The notes below the pieces were generated by a model, which did not search any database, was not told the DNA's origin, and saw nothing but the letters and a program-made list of their open reading frames with translations. This document shows, one piece after another, positions 27,337 to 37,168 of a DNA stretch of 64,000 nucleotides. The stretch spans positions 15,052 to 79,051 of the forward strand of contig JAGCXQ010000062.1 in assembly GCA_017961235.1 (NCBI GenBank), given 5' to 3'. Every line of letters begins with the position of its first letter. Position 1 is the first letter of the stretch. This stretch comes from Clostridiales bacterium (GTDB taxonomy: Bacteria; Bacillota; Clostridia; Saccharofermentanales; Saccharofermentanaceae). Both the position numbers and the translations under genes were made by a program.

Positions 27337-29751
27337 TTACGAACGGAGAGTAATGTCGTACTTCTCCTTCAGGTTCGAAAGGATCGTATTAACAAATCCA
27401 TCGATCACTTCCGGCTTAAATTCCTCATCCTTCGGTGTGAAGACAACGCTGAATGCCAGACTCTTCTTATTTCCGAGCTGAGCGCCCTCGTAGATATCGA
27501 AGAGCTCGATCTTCGTGATGTACTCGCAGGAAGCAGCGATCTCTTTTTCGACCATTGCACAGGTGATGTCCTTATTCATGACGAAGCAGAAGTCACGTTT
27601 TTCCTCGAGGAACTTCGGCAGCGGGATGAACTTTCTGTCTTTGCCGTAGTACTTGCTCAGTGCCTTGAGATCGATCTCGGCAACATATGCCGGAACACGC
27701 ATATCCATATCGTCACAGATCTCATAGAGCACCTGACCAAGATAACCGACGACTTCTCCATCGCAGAGGACTTTTGCGGTTCTTCCCGGATGCAGGAACG
27801 TCTTCTCATCGCGCTCGTAATCGAACTTCACATCCAGCGCGTCTGCGATGACCGCGACGATTCCCTTCAGGGAGAAGAAGTCTTCGCTTTCGCCCCACAT
27901 TCCGATGCAGATCGTCTCGCGCTCGTCCGGATATTCCGTCAGCGGCAGGCTCTTCGGCAGGAACTTATTACCCATCTCATAGACACATCCGGAAAGGATG
28001 CCTCTCTTCTGGTTTCGGGCGATAGCGGCCAGCATCTGCGGCGCCAGTGTCGTTCTCATGAGCGAAAGGTCGATATTGATCGGATTCAGGATCTTGATCG
28101 CCGTACGCTCCGGTGCATTCTCCGGGAGCTTTAGCAGATCCAGGTCAGATGGAGAGAAGAAAGAATAATGTACTCCTTCAAAAGCACCCGCCGCACACAG
28201 TGCCCGCTTGATCTTCAGTTCGGATCTCTGCTTGAGGTTATATCCGCCGGATGTAACTTCTGCAGTCGGAATGAAGGTCGGAGTGATGTGCTCGTAGCCA
28301 TACATACGGATGACTTCTTCTGCAACATCCTGATAGGACTCCATATCTACGCGGTATCCCGGGATCGCGATCGTCAGCTCGTCACCGTTAAGTTTCGGTG
28401 CGAAGTTGAGGTTGGTGAGGATACGTACGATATCCTCGTCCGGAACCGTGATACCCAGTACGCCATTGACCTGCTTCACGCTGACCTTAAGTTCCTTCGG
28501 CTCAACAGAATTTCCTGTATTGATATCAAACTTCGTGGCAGTTACCTTACCGCAGCCCAGCTCCTCGATCAGGTGCAGGGCACGCTTCATGGCCATTACG
28601 GTCGTATATTCATCGACACCCTTGGAGAAGCGCATGCTGGAGTCGGATACCTGACCCAGTGCCTTACTGCTCTTTCGGATATTGTCGTGTGCGAACTTCG
28701 CGGCCTCGAACATAACTGCCGAAGTGGAATCCAGGATCTCGGAATTAAGACCACCCATGATACCCGCAAGAGCGACCGGCTTCTTGCCGTCACAAATAAC
28801 GAGATTCTCAGATGTCAGAGCGAATTCCTTCTCATCAAGAGTAACGATCTTTTCTCCTTCTTCTGCACGGCGAACATGGATCTCTGCGCCCTCCAGATAA
28901 GAGAAGTCAAAAGCATGCATCGGCTGTCCGAGTTCCTTTAATACATAGTTCGTAATATCTACGACATTGGAGATCGCGGAACATCCGACCAGAGACAGAC
29001 GGCGCTTCATCCAGGCAGGAGACTCAGCGATCTTGACATCAGATACATAGTGGCCGATATATCTCGGGCACAGATCCGGAGCAGAGACACGGATATCAAA
29101 CGGAACCGTGACGTCTGACTCTGTATAGTCGAGCGCAGGCTCCTTGAGCGGCTGGCCGAGAACGGCAGCAACCTCACGGGCAATACCGAAGATGCTCTGG
29201 CAGTCCGGACGGTTCGCCGTGATAGAAATATCGAAGATATAGTCATCGAGGCCCAGGATCGGCTTGACATCCGCACCCGGCTCAGCATCATCCGGCAGAA
29301 CCAGAAGTCCGTTATAGCCGGCACCCGGGAACATATCCTCATTCACACCGATCTCGACGCCGGAGCAGAGCATACCATAGGAATCGTATCCTCTGAGTTT
29401 GCCCTGGCCGATGGTCATCAGGCCTTCTACGGTAACGTGATCTTTTGCGGTCGCATATACCTGCGCACCGATCAGTGCCAGCGGATACTTACCGCCTGCT
29501 TTTACGTTATCCGCACCGCAGCAGATCTGCAGTGTGCCGTGAGATCCAGCATCGACCTGGCAGAGATGCAGGTGTGTGCCCTCGATGTCCTCACAGGTCT
29601 TAACAAGACCTACAACAACATTACTGATGTCGTGACCGACCTCATACTTCTCTTCTACCTCGAAACCACAGGAAAAGAGCTTCTCCTCCAGTTCATCCGG
29701 GGTAACATTGATATCTACATAATCTTTTAACCAGCTAAGTGGTACTAACAT
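27337..29751 (-). CDS. pheT: Phenylalanine--tRNA ligase beta subunit
   Basis: 804 aa. MLVPLSWLKDYVDI.. N-terminus, tRNA-binding, B3/4, B5 and FDX-ACB layout. Directly downstream of pheS. Confidence 0.95.
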   Translation of the reverse strand: MLVPLSWLKDYVDINVTPDELEEKLFSCGFEVEEKYEVGHDISNVVVGLVKTCEDIEGTHLHLCQVDAGSHGTLQICCGADNVKAGGKYPLALIGAQVYATAKDHVTVEGLMTIGQGKLRGYDSYGMLCSGVEIGVNEDMFPGAGYNGLLVLPDDAEPGADVKPILGLDDYIFDISITANRPDCQSIFGIAREVAAVLGQPLKEPALDYTESDVTVPFDIRVSAPDLCPRYIGHYVSDVKIAESPAWMKRRLSLVGCSAISNVVDITNYVLKELGQPMHAFDFSYLEGAEIHVRRAEEGEKIVTLDEKEFALTSENLVICDGKKPVALAGIMGGLNSEILDSTSAVMFEAAKFAHDNIRKSSKALGQVSDSSMRFSKGVDEYTTVMAMKRALHLIEELGCGKVTATKFDINTGNSVEPKELKVSVKQVNGVLGITVPDEDIVRILTNLNFAPKLNGDELTIAIPGYRVDMESYQDVAEEVIRMYGYEHITPTFIPTAEVTSGGYNLKQRSELKIKRALCAAGAFEGVHYSFFSPSDLDLLKLPENAPERTAIKILNPINIDLSLMRTTLAPQMLAAIARNQKRGILSGCVYEMGNKFLPKSLPLTEYPDERETICIGMWGESEDFFSLKGIVAVIADALDVKFDYERDEKTFLHPGRTAKVLCDGEVVGYLGQVLYEICDDMDMRVPAYVAEIDLKALSKYYGKDRKFIPLPKFLEEKRDFCFVMNKDITCAMVEKEIAASCEYITKIELFDIYEGAQLGNKKSLAFSVVFTPKDEEFKPEVIDGFVNTILSNLKEKYDITLRS

Positions 29752-29766
29752 ATGCTCTCCTCCTTA

Positions 29767-30810
29767 TCAGTCATCGATCTGATCCAGTACTCTGAGATCC
29801 GATTCGAACAGCAGCTTGATATTGTTGATGCCGTACTTGAGCATCGCGATACGGTCGATACCGATACCGAAGGCAAGACCGGAATATACGTTACTGTCGA
29901 TGCCGCAGCCTTCGAGCACTTTCTTATTGACGACGCCGGCGCCGAGAACTTCGATCCAGCCTGTACCCTTGCAGAGCTTGCAGCCCTTACCGTGGCACTG
30001 GAAACAGCTTACGTCAACTTCTACCGACGGCTCTGTGAACGGGAAGTAAGAAGGACGCAGACGTGTTCTTGTCTCTTCATCGAAGATCTTCTTTACGAAC
30101 TCATCGAGCATACCCTGCAGGTCACAGAGTGTGATGCCCTTATCTACAACAAGTCCCTCCATCTGGGTAAACATCGGAGAATGCGTCGCGTCATCGTCGG
30201 AACGGAATACCTTACCGGGGGAGATGATCTTGATCGGCGGTTTCTGGTTCTCCATAACATGGATCTGGCCTGCGGAAGTCTGTGTTCTTAAGAGGAATTC
30301 CGGACTTAAGTAGAACGTATCCTGCATATCGCGTGCCGGGTGATCCTGCGGAATATTCAGCGCGGTGAAGTTATAGTAGTCGGTCTCGATCTCGTTTCCT
30401 TCGTAGATAGAGAAACCCATGGAACCGAAGATATCCACGATCTGGTTTCTTACCTGTGTATTCGGATGGAGCTTGCCCTGCTTGTGCTTCTTTTCAGGGA
30501 GTGTGATATCGATAGTCTCCTTCTCGTAGCGGGCTTTTCTCTCCTGCGCCTTGAACTTCTCGTCCATCTCGTCAAATTTACCCTGCGCCCAGTTCTTGAT
30601 CTCATTGACCATCTTACCGTAATCGGCCTTGAGTTCCTTCGGGATCTTGCCCATCTCTTTCATGAGAGATCCGATCTTTCCTTCCTTGGCATCCATGACA
30701 CTCTTCTTGTACTCATAGACACCCTTTGAACTGGAAATACCCTGAAGATCGCTCTCGATCTTACTTCTGATTTCTGAAAGTTTCTCTTTCAATTCACCAA
30801 GTTCCGCCAT
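29767..30810 (-). CDS. pheS: Phenylalanine--tRNA ligase alpha subunit
   Basis: 347 aa. [29 protein letters not shown] and [14 protein letters not shown] are class II motifs 1-3. Confidence 0.95.
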   Translation of the reverse strand: MAELGELKEKLSEIRSKIESDLQGISSSKGVYEYKKSVMDAKEGKIGSLMKEMGKIPKELKADYGKMVNEIKNWAQGKFDEMDEKFKAQERKARYEKETIDITLPEKKHKQGKLHPNTQVRNQIVDIFGSMGFSIYEGNEIETDYYNFTALNIPQDHPARDMQDTFYLSPEFLLRTQTSAGQIHVMENQKPPIKIISPGKVFRSDDDATHSPMFTQMEGLVVDKGITLCDLQGMLDEFVKKIFDEETRTRLRPSYFPFTEPSVEVDVSCFQCHGKGCKLCKGTGWIEVLGAGVVNKKVLEGCGIDSNVYSGLAFGIGIDRIAMLKYGINNIKLLFESDLRVLDQIDD

Positions 30811-30841
30811 GTTTTCCTCCTGTTCTTTTTGCCTTAGGCAT

Positions 30842-31142
30842 ACAAAAATCCCATGACAACGTTTCCATTGTCATGGGACGAATTCACGTTATCCGTGCAC
30901 CTTCGCGGTACCACCCATGTTCAGTCTTCTTCGGCAAAAGCACTTGTCCTCGGAAGTTCTGCTCTCATTATTGCGCCTTTAATGCTGCGCCTGCATCTGC
31001 TTACTTACGGTATTTCACGCCCTCGTCAGAAGCTCCGGTGTTGAAATTCATCTTGCGCTCTCTGTGATCGTGCTCTCAGCCGGTGACACGAATCTCTTCT
31101 CACAGGTTCTAAGCCAAAACTACTTACGCACCTTCATTGCAT
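30842..31142 (-). promoter_or_regulatory. T-box leader (tRNA-Phe responsive) controlling pheST
   Basis: The minus strand contains the T-box core AUGGGUGGUACCGCG (complement of 30904-30919). A terminator hairpin CCCATGACAA/TTGTCATGGG (30850-30877) plus AUUUUUG lies just 5' of pheS. A GAAUUUCAA stretch offers a UUC(A) Phe specifier candidate. Confidence 0.8.
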
Positions 31143-31148
31143 GGGCAA

Positions 31149-31177
31149 ATTGTACGCTTGCCATCTCGAAAAGTCAA
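31149..31177 (-). promoter_or_regulatory. Sigma-A promoter of the T-box/pheST unit
   Basis: Minus strand reads TTGACT (31177-31172), a 17-nt spacer, then TACAAT (31154-31149). Confidence 0.6.
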
Positions 31178-31239
31178 GAATTCAGCGTTATTCCGCTTTT
31201 TAATTTGCAGTTTCCGACCTAATAATGCAGGGTTCGTAG

Positions 31240-31248
31240 TGCTATACT
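31240..31248 (+). promoter_or_regulatory. Extended -10 element (TGcTATACT) for the 31324 lipoprotein gene
   Basis: TGCTATACT lies about 75 nt upstream of ATG 31324. Confidence 0.4.
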
Positions 31249-31323
31249 GGTATCATCAAGCAAATTTGATGTTGCTGAACGGCCTATGGCAAGGTCATAT
31301 TTTTCACAAGGAGGAATGGGGAA

Positions 31324-32742
31324 ATGAAGAAAATTATCTCTCTGGTATTGTGTGCGTCCATGATGTCCTCTCTTGTTCTTTGCGGTTGTCAGAAGAGCAA
31401 GAACGAAAAGGAGACAAAAAAAGAGACCACTACTTCGGAAGAGAACACAGGCAAGCAGAGTGCCACTGATGCAGAGACGGAGAAAACGGAGGACACCACG
31501 GTTCCGAGCAGCCGTGGGGAGCTTCACTTTGACAAGGATAAGCTGCAGCAGCTGGTCGCATATTGCGATTCCAAAAAAGAAAGAGACAGCCAGACCTTAG
31601 GAGCATACGCAGACGGCATCCGCGGAGAAGTCATATACTCAGTTCATGCTGATCAGATCCTTTTCGCGTACGAAGCAGCAGACACTTCGATCACTCTCCA
31701 TATCTATCCGGAAAAGGAAACGGCGAGCCTTACTTTTGATCTTCATTATGGAGATGACCGCTACTATGGCACCACACCTTCTAATATGGAGTTAGGCCTT
31801 GGGGATTTTGAATCGTTTATTGACAGTGTGATCATCTGCGATAAGAGTGTAGTCGATGTACACGATGATGCCGCGTTCGCTTCGAATTCTGAAACCATAG
31901 CAAAGGATATTCCTATCCTTTATTCCAGATTGATCACGATCGCAGAAAATGCTTTCCCCGAACTGGGATTCGGCCTTGAAGATCTTGGGCTCGATTTCGG
32001 CAGCAAATACAGGGACATTGATCCTGGACAGATAGTCAGTCAGGAGATCGAGATCGTAAATGATCACGTTTTCGTAGATGGTGTATGCCGTGACTGCAAG
32101 ATGACGTGGCCTGAGTACTTCTATGAAACCGTCAAAAAAATAGATGGAGACAAAGGTGAATTCGAATACCTGGGGCATTCCATTGACGGTCAGAAATCTT
32201 CTTATAACTTCAGCGCCAGTGATACTATCTCGCTTCGAGCTGAGCACGAAGACGATGCAACTGTTTCATATAAACATATGGAGCTTCATGACGATGTGCA
32301 CAGCAGTGAAGAATGGAAAGTCAATATCACCGAAAGTCGTGGAATGCTCAAGTCAGATCTTGAAGTGTCCTATGAACAGGGTTTTTATTCCACCGGAACA
32401 GGAGTTTCCTACAAATATGAGTATTATCTGGAATTGACTGCCGACGCCGGTGAATACGATGAAGTATTTTCCTCTAAGAAAGATTTCATCAAAAACTGCA
32501 AAGCCGAACTCCGCCTCTGGGAAGGTGATGACCCGGAGGAATGGGGAAAGAATCTCTGGGATTCAATGAGTGACAGCGAGATCAAGAAGATGTTCGATGA
32601 AGAACCCGGCAACACGTACTTAACCGAAGAAGAGTTCATCGATTACGTCTGGGAACGTTGTGAGAACGTTCTTGAAAGCATGGATTACAGCATGATCTGG
32701 CTGGATACTTCCCTTGAAGATGCGGGATTCAACTGGAAATAA
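31324..32742 (+). CDS. Hypothetical lipoprotein (472 aa)
   Basis: Signal peptide with lipobox LVLCGC. RBS AGGAGGAA. No recognisable catalytic motif. Confidence 0.7.
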   Translation: MKKIISLVLCASMMSSLVLCGCQKSKNEKETKKETTTSEENTGKQSATDAETEKTEDTTVPSSRGELHFDKDKLQQLVAYCDSKKERDSQTLGAYADGIRGEVIYSVHADQILFAYEAADTSITLHIYPEKETASLTFDLHYGDDRYYGTTPSNMELGLGDFESFIDSVIICDKSVVDVHDDAAFASNSETIAKDIPILYSRLITIAENAFPELGFGLEDLGLDFGSKYRDIDPGQIVSQEIEIVNDHVFVDGVCRDCKMTWPEYFYETVKKIDGDKGEFEYLGHSIDGQKSSYNFSASDTISLRAEHEDDATVSYKHMELHDDVHSSEEWKVNITESRGMLKSDLEVSYEQGFYSTGTGVSYKYEYYLELTADAGEYDEVFSSKKDFIKNCKAELRLWEGDDPEEWGKNLWDSMSDSEIKKMFDEEPGNTYLTEEEFIDYVWERCENVLESMDYSMIWLDTSLEDAGFNWK

Positions 32743-32764
32743 GATCCATCATTCAGAAAACAAA

Positions 32765-32797
32765 AAGGAGTTGTCATCTGACAGCTCCTTTTCTTTT
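32765..32797. terminator. Bidirectional terminator between convergent genes
   Basis: AAGGAGTTGTCA (32765-32776) pairs with TGACAGCTCCTT (32779-32790). It is flanked by an A-run upstream and a T-run downstream. Confidence 0.7.
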
Positions 32798-32803
32798 ATT
32801 CTC

Positions 32804-33667
32804 TTACGAAATACCGAGTATATTCTTTTCCATACTCTGAAGGAGATCATGCGAGTCATCCTGAATGTCACTAAGGTAGCTGACCAGGATGCCCTCATCA
32901 GGAAGAACATAGCACTTCTGCTTCCATTTCCCGTTCAGGCTGAAGCCGGATCTGTACTTCCACAGAAAGAAACCGTACCCGCCTTCTCTGTTCATCTGCT
33001 GGATTGAAGAAGCCATCTTTACATACTCTTCCGAAATGATCCTCTTCCCGTCATATGTTCCGCCGTTATAAAAGAGCATACCGAACTTACTGAGTCCGGA
33101 TACGCTCAGTTTCATACGCGACGCGCCATAGAAGTATCCCTCCGGAGATCTGCCATAGTAGAACTCATTTATGCCGAGCGGCTTTAACAGTCGTTCATCG
33201 ATAAAAGCACCGGCATCCTGTCCGACAGCTTCGGTCAGGGCGACACCGACAAGATATGCGTTGATATTGCTGTAGTTAAAGGGCTTCTCTTCCGGATTTT
33301 CGAGTTTGCATGACAGGGCGAAGTCGATCCAGTTGTCCCCCTCCGCTGCGAAAGGAAATCCGCCGACCGACATCGTCAGAAGTCTTCGGATCGTGATATG
33401 ACTGAAATCCGCCTTCTGTGATGCAGACATCTTCTCAACATTCTCTTTCGGAAGGTAGTCGAGCACACAGCGTTCAAGATCGATCTTCCCTTCATCATAG
33501 GCGATACCTACTGCGGCCGAGAGTACAGCCTTTGTTATCGAGTAGAGCTCATGGATGTTTTCCGTGTCCCCAAAGCTATGTGTAAGCACACAGTTCTCAT
33601 AGACTTCCACACCATGGACCCGCCAGCCGTTCGTCGTTATATCGGATACAAATGCTTCAAAATCCAT
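32804..33667 (-). CDS. Serine hydrolase, beta-lactamase/transpeptidase-like (class C related)
   Basis: SITKAV (S-x-x-K) near the N-terminus, followed by YSNINAY (Y-x-N). 287 aa. Confidence 0.8.
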   Translation of the reverse strand: MDFEAFVSDITTNGWRVHGVEVYENCVLTHSFGDTENIHELYSITKAVLSAAVGIAYDEGKIDLERCVLDYLPKENVEKMSASQKADFSHITIRRLLTMSVGGFPFAAEGDNWIDFALSCKLENPEEKPFNYSNINAYLVGVALTEAVGQDAGAFIDERLLKPLGINEFYYGRSPEGYFYGASRMKLSVSGLSKFGMLFYNGGTYDGKRIISEEYVKMASSIQQMNREGGYGFFLWKYRSGFSLNGKWKQKCYVLPDEGILVSYLSDIQDDSHDLLQSMEKNILGIS

Positions 33668-33682
33668 CGTCCAGAAGTCTCC

Positions 33683-34213
33683 TTACTTTTCCTTTTTCTC
33701 CTTTGAGAAAGCAAGCTTCGTCTTTTTTAGAGAGAATCCCAGCATGCCACCGAGAACACCACAGGAAAGGACTTCTCCGCCGAGGATTGCGAGAATGATC
33801 AGGGGAAGCGCCATCTCATCGGCATACGCGAATTTAATTACGAACGGTACGATCAGGGTATTCGCTGCGATCGGAGGAATCGTGCCGAAGATCGGGTTTC
33901 TATTTCTCAGAAAGTAAGTACCGATCGCGCCCAGAAGAGTGGCGATGCTTCCGAATATGATATCGATGATGATACCGCCGCCTAAGAAATTCCCGATCAG
34001 GCATCCGAGGAAGAGGCCCGGGATCGCCGCAGGCGTAAAGATCGGAAGGATCGTAAGCGCTTCTGCGACGCGGATCTGTACCGCGCCGAAGGAGATCGGC
34101 GCGAATACGAAGAGCAGCGCGACATAAAGCGCCGCAATAATACCCGCCTGGCAGATATAAAGGATACTCTGCCTTCTCTTCTCGTTTGCAGATCGTAAGG
34201 AGCCGCTTCCCAT
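33683..34213 (-). CDS. queT: Queuosine-precursor transporter QueT (ECF S-component-like)
   Basis: 176 aa with 5-6 TM segments. AGIIAALYVALLFVFAPISFGAVQIRVAEALTILPIF is the typical QueT opening. ATG overlaps the argC TAA by 1 nt. Confidence 0.75.
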   Translation of the reverse strand: MGSGSLRSANEKRRQSILYICQAGIIAALYVALLFVFAPISFGAVQIRVAEALTILPIFTPAAIPGLFLGCLIGNFLGGGIIIDIIFGSIATLLGAIGTYFLRNRNPIFGTIPPIAANTLIVPFVIKFAYADEMALPLIILAILGGEVLSCGVLGGMLGFSLKKTKLAFSKEKKEK

Positions 34214-35166
34214 TACAGATTCAGGCCCTTCGCTTCATCCAGGCCCAGTCTGATGTTCATGCACTCGATCGCCGCGCCGGATGCGCCCTTACCAAGGTTG
34301 TCGAACTGGGAAGATACGACGATGCGGTCTTCGTTACCGGTAACGTAGATCTTCAGTCCGTCCCATCCGGAGAGAGAGTTTCCGGCAAGGAATCCGCTGG
34401 CAGCCGTCTCATCGTCTGCTTCCGCGACCTTGATGAACTTCTTTCCGGCGTAGTACTCGCGGAAGTATTCCAGAAGTTCAGAAGGAGTCATCTTCTTGCT
34501 GAGCATATCTGCATAGAACTGGCAGGATACGACCATACCGCTGTAGTAATCGTCGATGATTGGAGAAAAGAGCGGCAGTCTGGAAAGACCCGTGATCGCC
34601 TTCATCTCCTTGAGGTGCTTGTGCTGCTGGGAAAGTGCATATTCTCTTCCGGAAGAGAATTCGGAAGGACGGTCTTCGCTCTCATAAACAGCGATGGTCT
34701 TCTTGCCTGCACCGGAATATCCCGATAATGCAAAAGCACTTACCGGGTAATCCTTGCTGATGATCCCTCCGGCGATCATCGGATAGACCAGAGAGATAAA
34801 GCCGGTGGCATAGCAGCCCGGAACCGCGATCAGGCGGCCGTTGGCGATGGCGTCCTTATGCTTTTCGGAGAGCTCCGGGAATCCATATGCCCATCCCTCT
34901 TCCGTTCTATGTGCCGTCGATGTGTCGATGATCACTGTATGGTCATTGTCCGGATCCAGAAGGCCGGCAGATTCTTTTGCCGCCACATCCGGGAGACAGA
35001 GGAACGTAATGTCCGATGCATTGATCAGTTTCTTTCTCTCATTCGGATCCTTTCTTAATTCCGGATCGATCTTAAGAAGTTCGATATCGTCTCTTCCCTG
35101 GAATCTCTCGAAGATCCTAAGGCCTGTTGTTCCTTCACTTCCGTCAACAAATACTTTCGTTTTCAT
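34213..35166 (-). CDS. argC: N-acetyl-gamma-glutamyl-phosphate reductase (short, type-2 form)
   Basis: MKTKVFVDGSEGTTGLRI.., active-site GCYATG, C-terminal DNLGKGASGAAIECMN. Confidence 0.9.
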   Translation of the reverse strand: MKTKVFVDGSEGTTGLRIFERFQGRDDIELLKIDPELRKDPNERKKLINASDITFLCLPDVAAKESAGLLDPDNDHTVIIDTSTAHRTEEGWAYGFPELSEKHKDAIANGRLIAVPGCYATGFISLVYPMIAGGIISKDYPVSAFALSGYSGAGKKTIAVYESEDRPSEFSSGREYALSQQHKHLKEMKAITGLSRLPLFSPIIDDYYSGMVVSCQFYADMLSKKMTPSELLEYFREYYAGKKFIKVAEADDETAASGFLAGNSLSGWDGLKIYVTGNEDRIVVSSQFDNLGKGASGAAIECMNIRLGLDEAKGLNL

Positions 35167-35175
35167 GTCATTTCC

Positions 35176-35787
35176 TCACTTTATATTCTTAAGATATGCC
35201 AGGATCGTCTCCACGGCGCCGTCCACGCCCACCAGATCCGAGTGTACACACAGATGATAGGTGGAGCTTGTGCCCCACTTCTGGTTCGTGTAATGGTTAT
35301 AGTAATTGGCTCTTGCGGTATTCATATCATTGATGTACCGCTCCATCTGTTCGTCTGTATAATCTTTCTTCTCGACGGCCACCCGTCGCTTACGGGCGAT
35401 CTTATACGGCATGCTCGCCGCGATAAAGATGTTGATACTGCCTTCATTCCGTAAAACGAAGTCCGCACATCTTCCTACGATCACGCACGGTCCTTGGGCC
35501 GCGAGGTCTTTTATGACTTTGCACTGCTGAAGATAGATCGCATCCGAGAAGTCCGGAGTATAGGACAGCGAGAAGAACGGCATGCGGGATCTTCCCTTTT
35601 CGGATATGCGGTGCGCCCCTTCTTCATTCCGCTCGATCAGCTTCGGATCCAGTCCTCCCTGCTCAGAAGAAAGAGTGATCAGCTCCCTGTCGTAAAAGGG
35701 CACGCCCAGACGCTCGGCAAGCTTCATGCCGATCTCATGTCCGCCGGAACCGAATTCACGTCCGATTGTGATCACTCTGCTGTTCAT
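35176..35787 (-). CDS. Cytidylate-kinase-like family P-loop protein
   Basis: ATG 35787 follows GGAGG. ITIGREFGSGGHEIGMKLAERLGVPFYDRELI is the characteristic N-terminus of the cytidylate-kinase-like AAA family. Confidence 0.75.
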   Translation of the reverse strand: MNSRVITIGREFGSGGHEIGMKLAERLGVPFYDRELITLSSEQGGLDPKLIERNEEGAHRISEKGRSRMPFFSLSYTPDFSDAIYLQQCKVIKDLAAQGPCVIVGRCADFVLRNEGSINIFIAASMPYKIARKRRVAVEKKDYTDEQMERYINDMNTARANYYNHYTNQKWGTSSTYHLCVHSDLVGVDGAVETILAYLKNIK

Positions 35788-35818
35788 AGAAAAGACCTCC
35801 ATGCCTTATTTTATCAGA

Positions 35819-36970
35819 TTAGCGGAAGAAGAACCACGCGGAAAGCGTCATTACAACCAGGAATATAATATTCATCAGAGCGAAAAGACCGATGTACTTC
35901 TTCGTGTGTCCCGGCCGGAGCGTACGGAAATGGCTGAAAGTAATCAGGCTCGCCAGAGACGAGATCAGCGTACCCGTGCCCCCGATGTTTACGCCGAGAA
36001 GGAGTTCCTTATAGTTACCGGTAAATCGGGAAAGCAGAATTGCCGATGGTACATTACTGATCACCTGGCAGGATCCGATACTTACCAGAAGCGGAGATCT
36101 TCCGAGAAGACTTCCGACGAAGTCCTGGACTGCCGGGATTCTGGCCATATTTCCGGAAAAGACGAAGAACAGCGCAAATGTCGCCAGAAGGCCGTAGTCC
36201 ACCTCGGTGAATGCTTTTTTATCGGCGAAAACCAGTACCAGCGGGATGATGATCAGTCCGACCCAGTACGGGATCAGGCGGAATACGATAAGAAGCGAGA
36301 AAGCAAAAAGCAGGAGATACAGCGCCGTCCTCTTCTTATTCAGCCCCTGTCCGGAATCATCCTTAATGACCAGAGGCGTTCTCGGAAGCAGGAAGCAGGC
36401 CGCCGTCAGCATGGCGATCGCCAGAAGAAACGGCGGGAACATGATCTTCATGAATTCCCCTGTCGGGATCTTGAAGTACGAATAAAGATACAGATTCTGC
36501 GGATTTCCAAAGGGTGTCAACATACCGCCGAGGTTGGCGGAGATATTCTGAAGGATGAAGATATAGGCCATCTTCTCCTCATTTTTCGTTACGGAAAGCG
36601 CAAAATACCCAAGCGGCAGGAACGTGATCAGTGCCATGTCATTGGCGATCAGCATCGATCCGATAAAAGTGATATATACGAGAGCCAGGGCCAGAAGCCG
36701 GAGATTTCCGGTCGTCACAACGATCCTCTGCGCCACGATACCGAAGAATCGGATATCCTTCAGGGCACAGATCACTGCGAGCGTCAGGAAAAGACAGGTC
36801 AGCGTGCGAAGGTCAAAGTAATGGAGATACTCACTATCCGGCGGCACGAAAAAAGACGTAACTATGGCAAGGAGCGCAGCGATACACACTACCGTGTTTT
36901 TCTTAAAAAACGCCACGATCGGATGGGATCTTTTTTCCCCTGCGGTATCCACGTTCTTCTCCTTTCGCAT
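35819..36970 (-). CDS. ArsB/NhaD/CitMHS-superfamily anion permease
   Basis: About 10-12 TM segments. Internal duplication with NIGGTGTLISSLASLI and NLGGMLTPFGNPQNL-type loops. I prefer ATG 36970 because a TGcTATAAT promoter element sits at 37033-37041, only about 12 nt from the track's ATG 37021. Confidence 0.7.
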   Translation of the reverse strand: MRKEKNVDTAGEKRSHPIVAFFKKNTVVCIAALLAIVTSFFVPPDSEYLHYFDLRTLTCLFLTLAVICALKDIRFFGIVAQRIVVTTGNLRLLALALVYITFIGSMLIANDMALITFLPLGYFALSVTKNEEKMAYIFILQNISANLGGMLTPFGNPQNLYLYSYFKIPTGEFMKIMFPPFLLAIAMLTAACFLLPRTPLVIKDDSGQGLNKKRTALYLLLFAFSLLIVFRLIPYWVGLIIIPLVLVFADKKAFTEVDYGLLATFALFFVFSGNMARIPAVQDFVGSLLGRSPLLVSIGSCQVISNVPSAILLSRFTGNYKELLLGVNIGGTGTLISSLASLITFSHFRTLRPGHTKKYIGLFALMNIIFLVVMTLSAWFFFR

Positions 36971-37032
36971 CCAAAGTCCTGTTGCCGGTATAGCCTGCGC
37001 GGGAAGAGTCAATATCTTCACGCGCCCGCGCT

Positions 37033-37041
37033 ATTATAGCA
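37033..37041 (-). promoter_or_regulatory. Extended -10 element (TGcTATAAT) for the permease/argC operon
   Basis: Minus strand reads TGCTATAAT immediately after the upstream terminator. Confidence 0.45.
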
Positions 37042-37071
37042 CCAAGGCATTTTATTAGAAATAGTAAAATG

Positions 37072-37112
37072 CACAAAGAAAAGTGGGCCGCCTCAATTCC
37101 TTGAGACGACCC
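37072..37112 (-). terminator. Rho-independent terminator downstream of the DUF4230-like gene
   Basis: 12-bp stem GGGTCGTCTCAA/TTGAGGCGGCCC on the minus strand (two G-U pairs), GGAA loop, then ACUUUUCUUUG. Confidence 0.65.
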
Positions 37113-37168
37113 ATCTTCCTTGCGGGTGATTACGGGAAACTTGCGTTTCCGCATCGGAGGTCCCGCAA

